Source of the DNA: an uncultured bacterium
Lineage (GTDB): Bacteria; AUK180
Direction of reading: 5' to 3'
NCBI GenBank assembly: GCA_937863565.1
Contig: CALMGJ010000020.1
Span: 838 to 64,837, forward strand
DNA: 64,000 bases
The notes under the pieces were generated by a model. It searched no databases and was not told the origin of the DNA. It was given only the letters and a program-made list of their open reading frames with translations. Shown here one piece after another: positions 37,467-47,701 of the stretch. The stretch's first letter is position 1; each line of letters begins with the position of its first letter. A program made the position numbers and the translations under genes.

Positions 37467-39792
37467 GAAAGGGCTTCATCCGGAAACGGATAAGAAAGGG
37501 CTTCATCCGGAAACGGATACAAATGACCTCTATCCTGAAATCGAGCGGATTCTCCCTTTGGTCCAGTATCCTCAGAGATATATCGGCAATGAGATCGGTG
37601 CGGTAAAAAAGAAAAATTTCAAAAATAAGATCGTCTTCGGCTTTCCCGATCTGTACGAGCTCGGAATGAGCAATCTCGCTCTCAAGATATTCTACGATAT
37701 TTTCTACGATGATCCCGATATCGCTTTCGAGAGGACATTCCTCCCCGCCGGGGACATGCTGGAGCTGATGAGGACAAACGGGATACCTCTTTTCACTCTT
37801 GAGAGCTTCAGCCCGGTGAAGGAGGCGGACCTTCTCGCGTTCACCCTTCCCTCCGAACTCCTTCTTATAAACGCCCTGAGGATGATGAAGGCGGCACTGA
37901 TCCCATTATTCTCGACGGAAAGAGACAAGGGAGGATATCCCATTCTTGTCGCCGGCGGACCTGGCACCGTTAATCCCCTGCCGCTTTTCCCTTTCTTTGA
38001 TGTCATCTTCATCGGCGAAGCGGAAGAAGCGTTCCCCCGGATGGCTGCACTGCTTAAAGAACATCGCAACAGGGAAGATCTCCTTCACATCTTGTCCCGC
38101 TTGGACGGATTCATCATTACCTCTATTTATAAGAAAACGTCTTTCGGGGAATTCCTGATAGCGGAAGGTCCTCTTAAGGATTACGTGAGGTGGGAGAAAT
38201 TTCACGATACTCCCCCCGCCGCAGAGCGTCTCATACCAATAACACAGATCGGCGAGAAACGGCGTGAGATAGAGATCATGCGCGGATGCTCGGCCATGTG
38301 CAGATTCTGCCTTGCGGGATCGCTTTACAGGCCCAGAAGAGAAAGAGATGTCAATACCGTGCTGCAGGATATCATTGCGGGCATTGAAAAGAACGCTTCA
38401 GACAGCATTTCTCTTCTTTCACTTTCCTCCGGCGATTATTCCGGGATCAATGATCTCATCAATGAACTCCTTAAATTGAAGGATGATATCCGCATATCCC
38501 TCCCCTCGCTGAGGATAGACAGTATCGATACGGAACTTTTGACCGCTCTCGGCTCCAGAAAGATCACCAATCTTACTTTTGCGTTGGAAACCGGAAGTGA
38601 GCGGCTGAGAAAGGCAATTAACAAAAAGATCACAGATGCAGAGTACTTCGGTATGCTCGATAAGATCCGCGATAAAAGTTGGAGAACGGTGAAACTCTAT
38701 TTCATGTTGGGATTGCCGGGAGAGACCGACGATGATATCAAGAGCACGGCGGGACTCATTGAACGGACCGTATACATTCTCGGGAAGAGGTTTTCCATTA
38801 ATATCTCGATATCTGTTTTCGTACCGAAACCGCATACGCCGTTCGAGACATCTGATCTTATTTCGCCGGAGGATTTCAAAAGGAGGATCTCTTTTTTCCA
38901 CTTCTTAAGGAAATATAAGAACGTGAAGATCAATTACGGCGACCGCGAAACTGCCGCGCTCGAAACGATGGCTTCCCGTGGCGATATCCGCGCCGGGATG
39001 TTCCTCGCCGAGCTGGCAGAAAAAGGCCTCGACCATGATGCCCTTTTCGCGAACAGGGAAATCATCACGGAAGCGGCAGGGAAAGCCGGCATGGACAAGT
39101 TCCTTTACAGTTTCGATACGCCTTATTGGAGGGATATCGTTTCGATCTCCGACGGAGATTTTTTAAGGCGCGAGCGCGAGGCTGGCGAGAAGTGCGAAGA
39201 GACACAGGACTGTTTCGAGGGTACATGCCTGGCTTGCGGGGCATGCGGAGGCCGTGAACCCGGATACAGGAAGAGCGCGCCCATTACCGTTTCGGTTAAA
39301 CCGCAGCATACGGATACGGCTGAAGACCGCTTGTACCTTCTCAAATTCGAAAAAAGAGGGATCTCAAAATTCCTTTCGCATAACGACCTGAACTATGTGG
39401 TCTGCCGCCTTCTGGAGATGAGCGGGATGCATCTTGTCAAAAGAACGGGATTCGCGCGCAATGCCAAGATATCGTTCTTCCATGCCCTCCAGCTCGGTAT
39501 AGAGAGCTTGGCCGAATATGCCGCATGCCACTTGAAAGAGAAGGTGGGCGAAGAAAGAGTCCGGGCTTTCAACAACAGAGCGCCGCAGGGCCTGCGTCTT
39601 ACCGAAGCGAAGGAGATAGAAAGCTTGCCGCGGATCGCATCCGTGGAATTTACCGCTTTTTATTCTGACGGGCGCGCAGAAAAATTCGTGCTTGTCAGGA
39701 AAGAGGGAAATATTGAATCATTACCGGCATATCTTGACGCCCTTCCGGAAAAACCCCTGAAGGTGATCAAAACGGGCTCATTTTTTGAATAG
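37456..39792 (+). CDS. B12-binding radical SAM protein (TIGR03960-like) fused to DUF2344
   Basis: FPDLYELGMSNL, RGCSAMCRFC, SLPSLR, FMLGLPGE; C-terminal KF.K.G..KFLSH.D...LQLGIES. Confidence 0.9.
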   Translation: MEDKKGLHPETDKKGLHPETDTNDLYPEIERILPLVQYPQRYIGNEIGAVKKKNFKNKIVFGFPDLYELGMSNLALKIFYDIFYDDPDIAFERTFLPAGDMLELMRTNGIPLFTLESFSPVKEADLLAFTLPSELLLINALRMMKAALIPLFSTERDKGGYPILVAGGPGTVNPLPLFPFFDVIFIGEAEEAFPRMAALLKEHRNREDLLHILSRLDGFIITSIYKKTSFGEFLIAEGPLKDYVRWEKFHDTPPAAERLIPITQIGEKRREIEIMRGCSAMCRFCLAGSLYRPRRERDVNTVLQDIIAGIEKNASDSISLLSLSSGDYSGINDLINELLKLKDDIRISLPSLRIDSIDTELLTALGSRKITNLTFALETGSERLRKAINKKITDAEYFGMLDKIRDKSWRTVKLYFMLGLPGETDDDIKSTAGLIERTVYILGKRFSINISISVFVPKPHTPFETSDLISPEDFKRRISFFHFLRKYKNVKINYGDRETAALETMASRGDIRAGMFLAELAEKGLDHDALFANREIITEAAGKAGMDKFLYSFDTPYWRDIVSISDGDFLRREREAGEKCEETQDCFEGTCLACGACGGREPGYRKSAPITVSVKPQHTDTAEDRLYLLKFEKRGISKFLSHNDLNYVVCRLLEMSGMHLVKRTGFARNAKISFFHALQLGIESLAEYAACHLKEKVGEERVRAFNNRAPQGLRLTEAKEIESLPRIASVEFTAFYSDGRAEKFVLVRKEGNIESLPAYLDALPEKPLKVIKTGSFFE
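37461..37519 (+). repeat. 27-bp perfect tandem duplication (DKKGLHPET x2)
   Basis: GGATAAGAAAGGGCTTCATCCGGAAAC twice plus GGATA. Confidence 0.95.
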
Positions 39793-40353
39793 TCTTTTCA
39801 CGCCTTGCGCAGATCTGTAAAGTATATCGAAAAAAGTCCCGAGAGGACAGAAAGCATTACACCAGATGAAGGGGAAAAATATCAGTATCGCGGCGAAGGC
39901 GCTGATGAAAATGATCCGGAAAAGCGTGTACGGCGGAGTAAGGTAGAGGAATGGAAACACAAGCAGGTATCTGAGCCCCATAATATACAGAATACAGGCT
40001 GCAGCAAGAAAAGCGAATTTCAAATACGGATATTCCTTTGTTCGTATCTTCTTGCATTTCAGCAGACAGGCTTTCTCCGACAGGAATCCTACGGGACACA
40101 GAGTGAAGCAGTAGGGTCTCTTTCTGAAGAAAGATATAATGAGAATAAAAAGAGCAAACACGGGGAACACTGAAAGCGTGAACCCGCCTTCGAACATGGC
40201 AAGATAGTATTCCAGGGAAAGTATCCTTTTCATGATCAGGATGAAGAAAATAAAATAAAAGGCTAATGCCGCATATCTGAGGATATTTTTCCTGAGGAAT
40301 ACGGAAAGCACGGTAAGAGCGATCAGCAGACCTAAAGCGGCCGATTCAGTCAA
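39778..40353 (-). CDS. NapH/MauN-like 4Fe-4S-binding membrane protein
   Basis: Multi-TM with two CxxxCP motifs (YCFTLCPVG, WCNAFCPLG). Confidence 0.8.
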   Translation of the reverse strand: MTESAALGLLIALTVLSVFLRKNILRYAALAFYFIFFILIMKRILSLEYYLAMFEGGFTLSVFPVFALFILIISFFRKRPYCFTLCPVGFLSEKACLLKCKKIRTKEYPYLKFAFLAAACILYIMGLRYLLVFPFLYLTPPYTLFRIIFISAFAAILIFFPFIWCNAFCPLGTFFDILYRSAQGVKRLFKK

Positions 40354-40889
40354 CGGGACTTTTTTTTTACGGCTTTGTTCTCTTTGAGGAAAGCGTCGAG
40401 GTCTAAAAGTATATCTCTGATGCAGCTGCTCGTGTATGTAGCGCCGGTCACGGTATCAGCCGGTGCCTGTATCTTCACTTTGTTCCGGGTCGCGCCCGAC
40501 ACGGACTCCACTTTCAGGACTGCAGAGGACACCTTCTTCCCTTCGAATCTTTCAAGATAACCCGATTCAAGAACGATCTTCATATAGGCGGGAGTTTCAT
40601 TGTGTGAGAAGATGAATATCTTCCGTATGGCATCCTTCTTTTCATTCAGGACGATCGCAAGCACGATCTTGCCGTTATAACCTTCCCGTGAAGAAAAGCC
40701 GTCGCTGAAGAACATGAAGGATTTCTCATCTTTACCGGATATCGAATAAATGAATTTCGAGGCTTTTCTAATTTTGAAGCCCGGGTATTTTTCTTTCGCG
40801 AAAGCGGCCCTGGCATCGGCCGGATATATTCCGCAGGAAACGAGAAAAACTAAAACTGCGGCAATTATGATCTTTAAACGAGGTCTCAT
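40350..40889 (-). CDS. FMN-binding (flavinylated) exported protein
   Basis: GYNGKI, HNETP, ESVSGAT and DTVTGATYTS; start MRPRLK. Confidence 0.85.
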   Translation of the reverse strand: MRPRLKIIIAAVLVFLVSCGIYPADARAAFAKEKYPGFKIRKASKFIYSISGKDEKSFMFFSDGFSSREGYNGKIVLAIVLNEKKDAIRKIFIFSHNETPAYMKIVLESGYLERFEGKKVSSAVLKVESVSGATRNKVKIQAPADTVTGATYTSSCIRDILLDLDAFLKENKAVKKKSR

Positions 40890-40891
40890 GA

Positions 40892-41563
40892 TCAAAGCGC
40901 CGTTCCGCATTCCGTACAGAATTTCGATTCCGGCTGATTCTTTGCCCCGCACTTGGGACAGACCTTCCCGGCAAGGTTCGCACCGCAATTCGAACAGAAT
41001 TTCCCCTCGCCTGCAGGTTTGCCGCATTTCGGGCAGAGCGTAACCTTTGCCTCTATCTCCCCGGTGAATACCTGCGTTTCAGCGGCCTTGGTCTTAATAT
41101 CCTGGACCATTTTCTCCGCATGGGCGGCTGCAATCTCCACATTAGCCCTCGGCGCGTCGCCGACGCACAGGCCGGCACCTTCATTCCAGCAATTGTCGCA
41201 TACCCACTTGGAACATCTCGGGCATCTCTTGAAATGTCCTTTAGCCTCGTTCTGCGCTTCTTCGAAAGCCTTCTCGTGTTCCTTATGCCATTCGGGGCTC
41301 ATCCCTTCGAAACGCTCGCTTATAATGTCGCTGCCCCGCTCCAGGCCGCTTCCCACATTATATTGTCCCATCATCGTTGCGGCGGCTCCGGCGATCTTGC
41401 CGATATTCTTAAAGAAATTCTTTTTCTTGTATGTCTTTGATTCGATGAACCTTGTCTTGTAACCCTCATTGCAGATATTGCAGAAGAAGGTGAATTGGAA
41501 ACCCGCTTCCGTGGAATTGTCCGCGTAGTTGTCCGTGAAAGCGATGAGTTTTTTACCGTTCAT
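40892..41563 (-). CDS. multi zinc-ribbon protein
   Basis: FFCNIC, CPRC..WVCDNCWN, C-terminal CPKC/CSNC/CPKC/CTEC. Confidence 0.85.
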   Translation of the reverse strand: MNGKKLIAFTDNYADNSTEAGFQFTFFCNICNEGYKTRFIESKTYKKKNFFKNIGKIAGAAATMMGQYNVGSGLERGSDIISERFEGMSPEWHKEHEKAFEEAQNEAKGHFKRCPRCSKWVCDNCWNEGAGLCVGDAPRANVEIAAAHAEKMVQDIKTKAAETQVFTGEIEAKVTLCPKCGKPAGEGKFCSNCGANLAGKVCPKCGAKNQPESKFCTECGTAL

Positions 41564-41901
41564 ATATTCTCTCCTTTAATGTTCTTCCCGCATTTAATGC
41601 ATTTATCTCCCAGAGGCGGCTGTTCGAATCCGCATTTTTTATTCGCACATCTTACTGTAAGACGTTTCCCGCAATGAACGCAATAATCGCAGAAGAACCC
41701 TTCCTTCCCGCAAAGGGGGCAGACCACTTTAAGTTCAAACCCGCAGCCGGGGCAGGCTTTATATTCTTTTTTCACAGGATGTCTGCACTTCGGACATCTG
41801 AATTCGTCCGCGGGATCGATCTTCCCGCAGTACGGGCAAACTCCGCCATCGCTTTCAACGAGTTCATTGCAGTATTTGCACGGCTTTTTATATCCCGGCA
41901 T
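41560..41901 (-). CDS. double zinc ribbon (DZR) protein
   Basis: Eight CxxC-type pairs in 113 aa. Confidence 0.85.
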   Translation of the reverse strand: MPGYKKPCKYCNELVESDGGVCPYCGKIDPADEFRCPKCRHPVKKEYKACPGCGFELKVVCPLCGKEGFFCDYCVHCGKRLTVRCANKKCGFEQPPLGDKCIKCGKNIKGENI

Positions 41902-41954
41902 TTCTCACCTCGCTTCATTATAGCACAATTCCCGCCAGCGGCAAAAAAAACGCA

Positions 41955-43184
41955 TTAGCCCTTGGCTATCAGCCCTCGGAGTATTTCAGCATGATCGCCT
42001 TTGCCGTGGATCAGCCTTCCCGCAAAAGCCCTTCTCAGCATCTTAAGCTCATCTATATGAAGATACGCGTACAGATATTCCTCGTTCCCCGGCTTTCTAA
42101 GGTCATCCTCTTCCATATACACGGGCTCTCTTCTGAAATCAACCTTGTTCATCGCTCTGTTCAGTTCGGTCATGAAGCCGCGGAGCCCATTTTGTCCATT
42201 CTCCCTTATATCCCTGAAAAGGTATGCCGCCCGGCCTTTTTCCTGAGAGACCGTCTCCAAGAGAACATAATCGGCTTCCGTTCCCGTTCGCTCCTTCGGA
42301 ATGGGAAGGAATAACCATAGATAATCCCCCGAGAGATCACCCATCAAGCCCTTTTTAAAACCAATGCCACGGTCGCCGGAAACAATATTTGAAAGCGCTC
42401 CGATATAAGGTCCTGTATTTGAGCTGCCGATATACGCTTCGATTGCATCCCGGAGGGCCGGTGAGACGCTGCATATTTCCTCGGAGAATACCAGCCGGCC
42501 CTCCCTGATCAGCTTCACGGCATTTCTGAGCTCCAACGCATCTATTCCGGGGAAGATGCCTTTAATGAAATCCCTCGATCTTTCGGAGAGACCCGCAAGA
42601 AGCTCTTCAAGTTTTTTACCGAAAAGATCGGTCTGCCTGCCAAGTTTCGAGATAGAGAGCGCAGATCCGCCTTGAAGTCCGATCTCGTATTTATGATCGT
42701 TGAGCACACAATTCTCTATCTCGCCGAGGGATATCCGCTCGAGCCGTCCCGCTTCGGGGATCAGAACAAGGGCGGAAGAGTAAAGTCTTATCTCCCCTTC
42801 CGCACCGATAGATCTTCCGTCCTCTCTTCTGAAGTCAAGACGGATCGGGGAGAAGGAAGCTTTCATTCTCTCGCTCATCAGAAGATGGGAAGCGATCTCA
42901 TCATGCCAGGATGAAAGAAAGGCTTTCATGAATCCGTCATAGACTGTGCCGAGCATTTTTAAAACAAGACATCCGGTTGCAGTTTCTAGCTCCACTGTAT
43001 AATCGACAAATCTGACGGTGATGATCCTGATAAGCGGAATATCCGCTATGTCCCCGGCACCCAGATCGAGCTTTAGCTTTTTTCCGAAGAGCTCGGCAGT
43101 GATCTTCAGGTCCGTATTTTCGCCGCGGAAACCGCCCTTGCCTCTTACAGTGAACAGCGTTTCTTCCTTTTTATCTTCTTCCAT
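41955..43184 (-). CDS. hypothetical protein (possible tandem PH-like domains)
   Basis: 409-aa ORF; two similar beta-rich segments ending L.I.KLG; DFRREPVY motif. Confidence 0.7.
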   Translation of the reverse strand: MEEDKKEETLFTVRGKGGFRGENTDLKITAELFGKKLKLDLGAGDIADIPLIRIITVRFVDYTVELETATGCLVLKMLGTVYDGFMKAFLSSWHDEIASHLLMSERMKASFSPIRLDFRREDGRSIGAEGEIRLYSSALVLIPEAGRLERISLGEIENCVLNDHKYEIGLQGGSALSISKLGRQTDLFGKKLEELLAGLSERSRDFIKGIFPGIDALELRNAVKLIREGRLVFSEEICSVSPALRDAIEAYIGSSNTGPYIGALSNIVSGDRGIGFKKGLMGDLSGDYLWLFLPIPKERTGTEADYVLLETVSQEKGRAAYLFRDIRENGQNGLRGFMTELNRAMNKVDFRREPVYMEEDDLRKPGNEEYLYAYLHIDELKMLRRAFAGRLIHGKGDHAEILRGLIAKG

Positions 43185-43479
43185 CCCTGCTCCATTGTAT
43201 TATTATACGGAATTTGTATTGTTTTTCAAAGAAAAAGAGGGACGTTGGTTGAAAAAGGTGAATCTTTTTTCATTTACTCTGTCCATTATAATACGCTTTA
43301 CAGCGCTATGCGCGACTTATCTGAGGAAACCTTCCGGTGAGCACTTCACGCTTGGTATTCACCGATATTTTCCCCTACAATGAATTATTTAAGCACATGT
43401 GTTTAAGATCTTGTCAACAATATCGAACACTCTTTGTCTTGGAATTTTGCGGGGCCGGATTTTTATGGTATAATATCCC

Positions 43480-44265
43480 GTGAAAAGGTCTTTATGCATC
43501 ATACTTTTTATTTTAATTGGCGGCTTTCAGACAACGGCGCAGGACCTCAGAAGTTTCGTGGTCTATGAGAACACGCTTTATATCGGATTTGACAATATTG
43601 AACTTTACAAAAGCGAATATTCCGATAAGGCGAAGGGCTTCCTGAATTACTATGTTTTCTATTCGGAGAGGTATTTCGAGGACATAACAGCGGGCTATCT
43701 TAACGGTAAGGCATTGAGACCTTCAAGAGCGAAAAATTACGAGTTCTCCGACAATCAGGATGAGGATTTCGAGGCCGAATTCTATGAAAGCGAGGAGGCG
43801 CAGACAAGAGGTGAGACCGATTTCATCATCAAAGGGATGATCGTTCTTGACGAAAAAGGGGGCCTTGTGTTCTTCAAAAGCGAGGAGATCCTCAAAGACG
43901 GCAATATCCAGTACAGGGTCATACGCGCCGAATGGAATTTCGGGAAAAAGATGTACGAAATAACCGTTGACGATAAGAAGCGTTCCGCCGACGGTAAGAT
44001 AGAGAGCTTCGAACTGAAGACCGGGAAAATGATACCCGTACTTTCGTATTTAATCTCTTTTGCTTTTCTGGACCTTAAAAATTGCGCGGAAGACGAGATC
44101 GCGCTCAAGGCCCTTGACCCCTTTGCCGCCAACCGGACATCATTCGACAGCCAAAGCAGTTTCCCCGCGGTAGCACCCGCTGTTTTCGATTTCACGATCA
44201 ACTGGAATGAGGGAAAGTACTCCATCCCCCGTTTCTCCCTCAATGCTGCCGGGGAAAGGAGATGA
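43480..44265 (+). CDS. hypothetical exported protein
   Basis: Signal peptide; GTG start 5 nt after TGnTATAAT. Confidence 0.7.
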   Translation: MKRSLCIILFILIGGFQTTAQDLRSFVVYENTLYIGFDNIELYKSEYSDKAKGFLNYYVFYSERYFEDITAGYLNGKALRPSRAKNYEFSDNQDEDFEAEFYESEEAQTRGETDFIIKGMIVLDEKGGLVFFKSEEILKDGNIQYRVIRAEWNFGKKMYEITVDDKKRSADGKIESFELKTGKMIPVLSYLISFAFLDLKNCAEDEIALKALDPFAANRTSFDSQSSFPAVAPAVFDFTINWNEGKYSIPRFSLNAAGERR

Positions 44266-44843
44266 GAAGCGCGTCTTTCCGTATCAGAGGATTTTATTTC
44301 GCCCTTTTTTCTTTTTTTGCTCTTTCGGTGTTCGGAGATACACCTAACGGGAAAACGAATCTCGAAGATGTGATCCTTTCGGAAGGTCTTGTTCTGGCTA
44401 AAGTCGAAAAGAACCATTTTAAAAAGAAACTCGCCGTGGCAGAGATAACCGTTATCCGCGTATTTGCGGGAAAGACAGAGAAAAAAAGATATTCCGTGAT
44501 CCTTAAAAACGGTAAGGATTTTGATTTTACTCTCCGTGAGGGAGATGTTTACCTTTTCGGCCTTAAGGGGGAAATCGATCCCGGGATCGCCGCCGGATTG
44601 AAGAGAAAGATCAAGAGGGCGTTCGGTAAGACGGTAGGCGCGCTCGACATTCTTCCCTGCCGCGGTGAAAGGTTCTTTTTGAGAACAGGTGAATACGAAG
44701 GCTGTATATGCGCCGTCATTGAACCATTTGACCATGATGTTCCGGAATGTCTGAGGGACCTGCCGGGCCCGAAATCTAGGGCTTACAGATTCGTCATAGC
44801 GCTTGAAGATATTTTTAATTACTACCGCCTTCAAGGCGATTGA
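44262..44843 (+). CDS. hypothetical exported protein
   Basis: ATGA-coupled to the upstream gene; hydrophobic N-terminus. Confidence 0.6.
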   Translation: MRSASFRIRGFYFALFSFFALSVFGDTPNGKTNLEDVILSEGLVLAKVEKNHFKKKLAVAEITVIRVFAGKTEKKRYSVILKNGKDFDFTLREGDVYLFGLKGEIDPGIAAGLKRKIKRAFGKTVGALDILPCRGERFFLRTGEYEGCICAVIEPFDHDVPECLRDLPGPKSRAYRFVIALEDIFNYYRLQGD

Positions 44844-44864
44844 AACAATAAGTCAGGAGGATAT

Positions 44865-45524
44865 ATGTGGGCGTTCTTCAATCTGTTCTATAAAAGCCCG
44901 ATAGAGCTGATCAACGAGCATTTCAAGGTCGTAAGCGAGGTTTACGAACTCGCCAAACTGAATTTCAACTGCTGGCGGGAAGGCAAGGAGTTCAATTACG
45001 AAGTCGTCGACCAGAAAGAGCACGAAGCGGATATCATCAGGGAGAAGGTAAGCGAGGTCATTACGACCAGCCTCATGTCCTCCCTCAGAAAAGAGGATAT
45101 CCTGAGCCTTGTCTGGGTGCAGGACGAGATCGCAGACGCTTGTCAAGACTTGATGCACATACTCGACTTCAAAAGAGTCAAACTCACTCCCGAGATGACG
45201 GAGAAGTTCCGCCAGATCTTCGAGATCACTGATAAGGCAATGACCGAGTACTCTGCACTTTTAAATAATTTCTACAATTTTTCGAGAGCTGACTGGGCGC
45301 CGCGTTACAAAAGAGTAATACCTCAGGAAATTGAAAATATCAGTAAGTTCGAGAAGGATATCGACCGTGTTAAGCATTCTCTCGGAAAGATCATATATAA
45401 TTCCGAGAGCACGCATTCGGCGATAGAGATATATTTTATATCGAAGATGACGATCATTATCGACCGCACGAGCAATGAGCTGAAAAGGGCGGCCGAGCGC
45501 ATCAAAAGAATGATAGCCAAATAA
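44865..45524 (+). CDS. DUF47 (PhoU-like) phosphate transport regulator
   Basis: EHEAD.IRE, EDIL.L...QD.IAD; adjacent to pit; AGGAGG SD. Confidence 0.9.
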   Translation: MWAFFNLFYKSPIELINEHFKVVSEVYELAKLNFNCWREGKEFNYEVVDQKEHEADIIREKVSEVITTSLMSSLRKEDILSLVWVQDEIADACQDLMHILDFKRVKLTPEMTEKFRQIFEITDKAMTEYSALLNNFYNFSRADWAPRYKRVIPQEIENISKFEKDIDRVKHSLGKIIYNSESTHSAIEIYFISKMTIIIDRTSNELKRAAERIKRMIAK

Positions 45525-45527
45525 ACG

Positions 45528-46802
45528 ATGTTTCTGATCCTGACACTCCTGCTTTGCTTCTATGTCGCATGGAATATAGGCGCGAACGATGTCGGCAACA
45601 ATATGGGAACTCCCGTATCGGCCGGGTCACTCTCTTTTAAAAACGCCGTTCTGATCGCAGTGATCTTCGAGTTTCTGGGGGCAGTGCTCGTTGGCGGTTA
45701 TGTGGTTAAAACCATCAGCACGGACATACTCAACTTGAGCCTATACGAGGGGGATCCCCGCATTCTTATCATCGCTATGTTCTGTTCGCTCCTCGCATCA
45801 GGATTCTGGATAACAATTGCCACCGTATTCAAAATGCCTGTTTCCACAACCCACTCGATCATCGGCGCCGTGGTAGGAGCGGGACTTGTAACGGTCGGGG
45901 CGGGAGCTATTTGCTGGGCGAAGATAAAACTTATCGCCATTTCCTGGCTGGTCTCCCCTTTCCTCGGAGGACTGATAAGTTATATTATCTTTAACATTTA
46001 TAAATACTTGATCTTCAATAAAGATGATCCGTTCATACAATTGAAAAGGATCGCTCCATTCTTTGTTTTCATCGTGATCTTCACTCTCGCCATGGCAACT
46101 ATTTATAAGGGTTTGAAGAACTTACATCTAAACCTGGATCTCGTCCCCGCACTTCTTATTTCAGTTGCCGCAGGAGCAGCCGGCGCCGTTTTCACAGCAA
46201 TACGGATGAAGAATAAAAAAGCTTCCGGCGACCAGGTCAACGATGTTGAAGACTTCTCCAAGCCCCTTCATGTGATCGCTGCATCGTACGAATGTTTCGC
46301 TCACGGCGCAAATGATGTAGCTAATGCCGTGGGCCCCGTTTTCGGCATCATCATGCTTACAAAATACCTTAAATACAAGGCGGGATCGGACATCCCCGGC
46401 AGTATGATTCAATTCATGACATGCTCAGGCGGCGGCATTCCTCCATATATCCTTCTCATCGGAGCCGCAGGGATCGTGCTTGGCATCACCACTTTCGGGA
46501 AGAACGTTATGGAAACGATCGGTAAAAGGATCACCGAGATCACTCCTTCAAGGGGTTTTGCTTCCGGCTTCGCTACCGCCACTACCGTCCTCCTCGGATC
46601 ACGGCTCGGATGTCCGCTTTCATCAACCCATATCGTTGTCGGCACCGTTGCCGGCGTAGGCATAGGAAGAGGTATAGGGACATTAAATGCAAAAGTATTG
46701 TTGTCCATTTTTATGTCGTGGTTCCTTACATTGCCCGTATCTGCAGGCCTTTGCGTATTACTGTATCTGCTGTTGAAGGACATCATCATCCGGTTAATCT
46801 GA
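45528..46802 (+). CDS. pit: inorganic phosphate transporter (PiT)
   Basis: GANDVGN, PVSTTHSIIG, HGANDVANA, PLSSTH. Confidence 0.95.
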   Translation: MFLILTLLLCFYVAWNIGANDVGNNMGTPVSAGSLSFKNAVLIAVIFEFLGAVLVGGYVVKTISTDILNLSLYEGDPRILIIAMFCSLLASGFWITIATVFKMPVSTTHSIIGAVVGAGLVTVGAGAICWAKIKLIAISWLVSPFLGGLISYIIFNIYKYLIFNKDDPFIQLKRIAPFFVFIVIFTLAMATIYKGLKNLHLNLDLVPALLISVAAGAAGAVFTAIRMKNKKASGDQVNDVEDFSKPLHVIAASYECFAHGANDVANAVGPVFGIIMLTKYLKYKAGSDIPGSMIQFMTCSGGGIPPYILLIGAAGIVLGITTFGKNVMETIGKRITEITPSRGFASGFATATTVLLGSRLGCPLSSTHIVVGTVAGVGIGRGIGTLNAKVLLSIFMSWFLTLPVSAGLCVLLYLLLKDIIIRLI

Positions 46803-46854
46803 TATTTCTCACCTCATGTATTGTAAAAACGCTTTTTTTTGATTATAATATGGT

Positions 46855-47637
46855 ATGAAAAAAGACAGGATATATGCCCTTATACTTGCCGTCGTTACGG
46901 ATATACTCCTGTTCTATCTTCTTACGCTGATGATACCGGACCATCACGGGAGAAGACCGCTCAAGGAACTCCCTCCGAGAAGACTCGTTTTCCTTCGCAC
47001 CTCATCCTCCGGTGATAAAAAACCCCAACAGGCAGTTGTGAAAGAAGGTCATGTCAGCGTGCCGTTGCCTTCAGAATTTTTCAAGGAGAAGGAAGGATCT
47101 TCCGAAGAGATCCCGGATGGAGGGACTAGTATCGTTTTCAGGCATTTCTCTCAGAGGATCACAGATGATAAGGCATATTCGATGAACGATCCCGTGCAGA
47201 GAGAAATGGGTGAATTCATTAAAAAGACCGTAAAAGAGGGACCGAAGGAGGAACCGGGGAGCGGCTCGGGTGGAGCCTATGGCGGAGTAGCGGTGAGCTT
47301 CTCCTGGGAGCAGTTATTCGCCTCCGTTTATTATGCGGCGGCCGGAAAACCATGGAAGGCATACGACAATTACAGGATATTCGATATCTCCGTGAAAGCC
47401 TATAAAAGCGGCGATCTGAAAACAGCTTGCGAAATGGCAAGTTACGTTGCCGCTGACACGCCTGACCCGGAGCTCAGGGAAAAAGCGTTCTACAGGAGAC
47501 TGATGTGTCTTTTCAGCCTCGGAGAGAACGAAGAACTCGTAAAGGAAGGCAATGCCTTTCTCGGCATGTTCCCCAATTCTTCTTTTCGGGAAGGCGTATC
47601 GGCATTCCTTGTCTTAGCCGGCCGTGCTGACGAATAA
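46855..47637 (+). CDS. membrane-anchored protein with C-terminal TPR-like helices
   Basis: N-terminal TM, disordered linker, AYKSGD...A...P....EKAFY...FL..FPNS. Confidence 0.65.
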   Translation: MKKDRIYALILAVVTDILLFYLLTLMIPDHHGRRPLKELPPRRLVFLRTSSSGDKKPQQAVVKEGHVSVPLPSEFFKEKEGSSEEIPDGGTSIVFRHFSQRITDDKAYSMNDPVQREMGEFIKKTVKEGPKEEPGSGSGGAYGGVAVSFSWEQLFASVYYAAAGKPWKAYDNYRIFDISVKAYKSGDLKTACEMASYVAADTPDPELREKAFYRRLMCLFSLGENEELVKEGNAFLGMFPNSSFREGVSAFLVLAGRADE

Positions 47638-47701
47638 GGGCTCCGATGCCCGGTGATCCGTTCATTGATTTTTTACCAGAAGAAAAGTATAATATAAAAT
47701 T

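Noticed and set aside
43782..44834. 350-aa minus-strand ORF
   Set aside because: Overlaps two coupled plus-strand genes that have signal peptides and a promoter; its composition looks like shadow sequence
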